DNA of 64,000 nucleotides from Candidatus Geothermarchaeota archaeon (GTDB taxonomy: Archaea > Thermoproteota > Nitrososphaeria > Geothermarchaeales > JDFR-13): assembly GCA_015523725.1 (NCBI GenBank), contig WAJV01000107.1, forward strand, positions 959 to 64,958, given 5' to 3'. This document shows positions 61,967-64,000 of this stretch, piece after piece. The notes beneath the pieces were generated by a model that had not been told where the DNA came from, searched no databases, and saw nothing but the letters and a program-made list of their open reading frames with translations. Every line of letters begins with the position of its first letter. Within the stretch, counting starts at the first letter, position 1. A program made the translations under genes and the position numbers.

Positions 61967-62780
61967 TTATTTGATTGAATGTAACGATTTAGTTTTCATA
62001 TATCCAGATAATACCGTTGCTTTGAATAAAGTGTCTTTTAGGGTCTCTGAAGGGGAATGTATAGGTATTGTCGGGCCTACAGGTTCAGGTAAATCTACCC
62101 TGCTTTTAATTATATCCGGTTTATTATTTCCTACAAAGGGTCGGGTTAAATATAAGGGTAAGGATATCTCTAAATATGATGCTTTAAGAAGAGAGGTAGC
62201 CATACTATTTCAAAATCCATTTAATCAGTTTTTGACATCAAATGTCTTTGATGAAATAGCATATATTCCACGTCAGTTGGGTATTAAGGAAGATGAGATA
62301 ATAAAAATCGTTAAATATTACTCTCATAAACTAGGTTTGGATCATTTGCTTAACAAATCACCTTTTAGAATCAGTGGAGGAGAAGCACGTAGATTAGGAA
62401 TCGCCATGGTTTTGTCCTATAACCCAGATGTCATATTACTTGATGAACCCTTTTCAGACCTATCTCCAAAATATATAAAGATTGTTAAAGATATTCTTAA
62501 AGATTTGAAGGAAAATGGGAAAACTATACTTCTAAGCAGTCACTCCCTACATCACATGCTTGATATAGTTGATAAGCTCTTAATTTTGAATAAAGGGAAA
62601 GTTTTAGCATTCGCTGATATAGAAACCATAATTCGTAATGATGACCTTATTAAGATGGCTGATTTAGAGATACCATGCTACATTAAGATTCTTCAGGAAC
62701 TAGGGATGAGGGATATTAGACCACTCCCTAGGACTCTTAAAGATTTTGTGGAAGTCTTTATACATCATTATGGTAAATAA
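61959..62780 (+). CDS. cbiO: ECF transporter ATPase CbiO/NikO
   Basis: GPTGSGKST, FQNP, ISGGE, LLDEP, H-loop. Confidence 0.9.
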   Translation: MNNYLIECNDLVFIYPDNTVALNKVSFRVSEGECIGIVGPTGSGKSTLLLIISGLLFPTKGRVKYKGKDISKYDALRREVAILFQNPFNQFLTSNVFDEIAYIPRQLGIKEDEIIKIVKYYSHKLGLDHLLNKSPFRISGGEARRLGIAMVLSYNPDVILLDEPFSDLSPKYIKIVKDILKDLKENGKTILLSSHSLHHMLDIVDKLLILNKGKVLAFADIETIIRNDDLIKMADLEIPCYIKILQELGMRDIRPLPRTLKDFVEVFIHHYGK

Positions 62781-62858
62781 AATTATTTTATATTATATAC
62801 ATGACCTATTCATAATTGTTTCCATAATTCAAAAATTTTTAATAAAATTATCCTTTTA

Positions 62859-64000
62859 TCAAGAATTATTTTGGTTACCCCCTCCCTTTCTAATACTGTT
62901 CTCTATCTCAATTAGATCCTTAATATATAAATTATTTTCATCTCGCGCTCTATGTATTCCGAATAAACCCCTCTTAATAACCTCGAACAAATTCTTAATC
63001 CTATGTCTCAACACCTCCTTTACCAAATATTTAGGCCTCAAATAAAACCTTTGATATGCCCAGTGAAGAAGCCTACGGACATCATCCAATGAAAAACGGT
63101 ATCCACGCATAATAGGCTGAATAGTAGTATATCTGCTCCAATCCCATACTTCTATGAAACCCATCGACTTAGCATATTCATATAATGGAGTCCCAGGAAA
63201 GGGTGTTGCGGCAGTGAACTGAGCATAATCAAGACCTAAGTCAATTGAGAATTTCACAATATTCTTCATGTCATCTATAGTCTGCCATGGAAAACCCAAT
63301 ATAAAACTACCCGCAGCCTCTAAACCAAATAAATGGGTTAATTCAACAGCCCTCCAAACCTGACTTATAGTAACCTTCTTACCTATCCTAACCAGATCCT
63401 CATCCTTATACGACTCAATACCATAATATATTATGGAGCAACCGCTCCTACTTAACCCTGCCAAGACCTCTCTATCCACGTTACTAACTCTAGAGCCGCA
63501 GGTATATGTTATGTCTAGCCCCCTATCCATTATCAGCTCTGTAAACTTAAGCACCCATCTCTTACTAAGCGTTAACTCATCATCGGTAAAAGCCACTATA
63601 CGCGTATTATATTTGTCTAAGGCCTCCTCAATCTCATCGACAACGGACTCGGGGCTCCTAATCCTATACCTCCTCCCCCATAAATAACTAGTAGTGCAAT
63701 AAATACATCCATATGGACATCCTCTACTAGCCATAATATGAACAATCCTAATAGGCTTATCAAATAGAGTATAACGATCCATAGGAAGGAGGTGCCTAGC
63801 TGGCCTAGGCAATATATCTAAATCCCGAATAAGTTCACGATATCCATTAAACCTTGGAACTCCCTCTACTCTATAAGCAACGCCCCTAATCTCCCGCAAA
63901 TCAGGGCGTCCAGACTCAATATACCTAACCAACTCTAGAGAAGTAAACTCACCCTCACCGACAACAACATAGTCAACATAACCAGTGGATAAAGCCTCAT
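62859..64000 (-). CDS. B12-binding-domain radical SAM protein (5' truncated by window)
   Basis: VVGEGE upstream in frame, SRGCPYGCIYC, GIES, TPFPGT. Confidence 0.88.
   Translation of the reverse strand, partial: EALSTGYVDYVVVGEGEFTSLELVRYIESGRPDLREIRGVAYRVEGVPRFNGYRELIRDLDILPRPARHLLPMDRYTLFDKPIRIVHIMASRGCPYGCIYCTTSYLWGRRYRIRSPESVVDEIEEALDKYNTRIVAFTDDELTLSKRWVLKFTELIMDRGLDITYTCGSRVSNVDREVLAGLSRSGCSIIYYGIESYKDEDLVRIGKKVTISQVWRAVELTHLFGLEAAGSFILGFPWQTIDDMKNIVKFSIDLGLDYAQFTAATPFPGTPLYEYAKSMGFIEVWDWSRYTTIQPIMRGYRFSLDDVRRLLHWAYQRFYLRPKYLVKEVLRHRIKNLFEVIKRGLFGIHRARDENNLYIKDLIEIENSIRKGGGNQNNS

Noticed and set aside
1..64000. CRISPR array, rRNA, transposase or integrase
   Set aside because: No regularly spaced repeats, long GC-rich structural RNA or recombinase motifs were seen

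Overview
AT-rich, gene-dense chromosomal segment of an archaeon, most likely TACK/Thermoproteota but not Sulfolobales. This placement is inferred from the combination of PolB1, rpS30e, TIP49, GatDE, Nop5/fibrillarin and a complete smc-scpA-scpB operon. Most of it is housekeeping: an A/V-type ATP synthase cluster, translation and tRNA-modification genes, radA with a LAGLIDADG intein, and an intron-containing tRNA-Pro(GGG). The window shows strong replication-type strand asymmetry (+ strand A/C-rich, - strand G/T-rich), which breaks in two apparent islands. One is a free-standing HTH-LAGLIDADG gene beside an unannotated rps30e; the other is a LAGLIDADG pseudogene plus a Ni/Co ECF transporter after tRNA-Pro. 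The best candidates for undescribed biology are (i) a nurA-herA pair without adjacent mre11/rad50, next to three paralogous small beta-beta-alpha + winged-helix proteins, with palindromes in the shared promoter, and (ii) a membrane-anchored protein with a His-motif domain and a cupredoxin carrying Leu at the axial ligand position. All product calls come from motif recognition by eye; no database searches were run.
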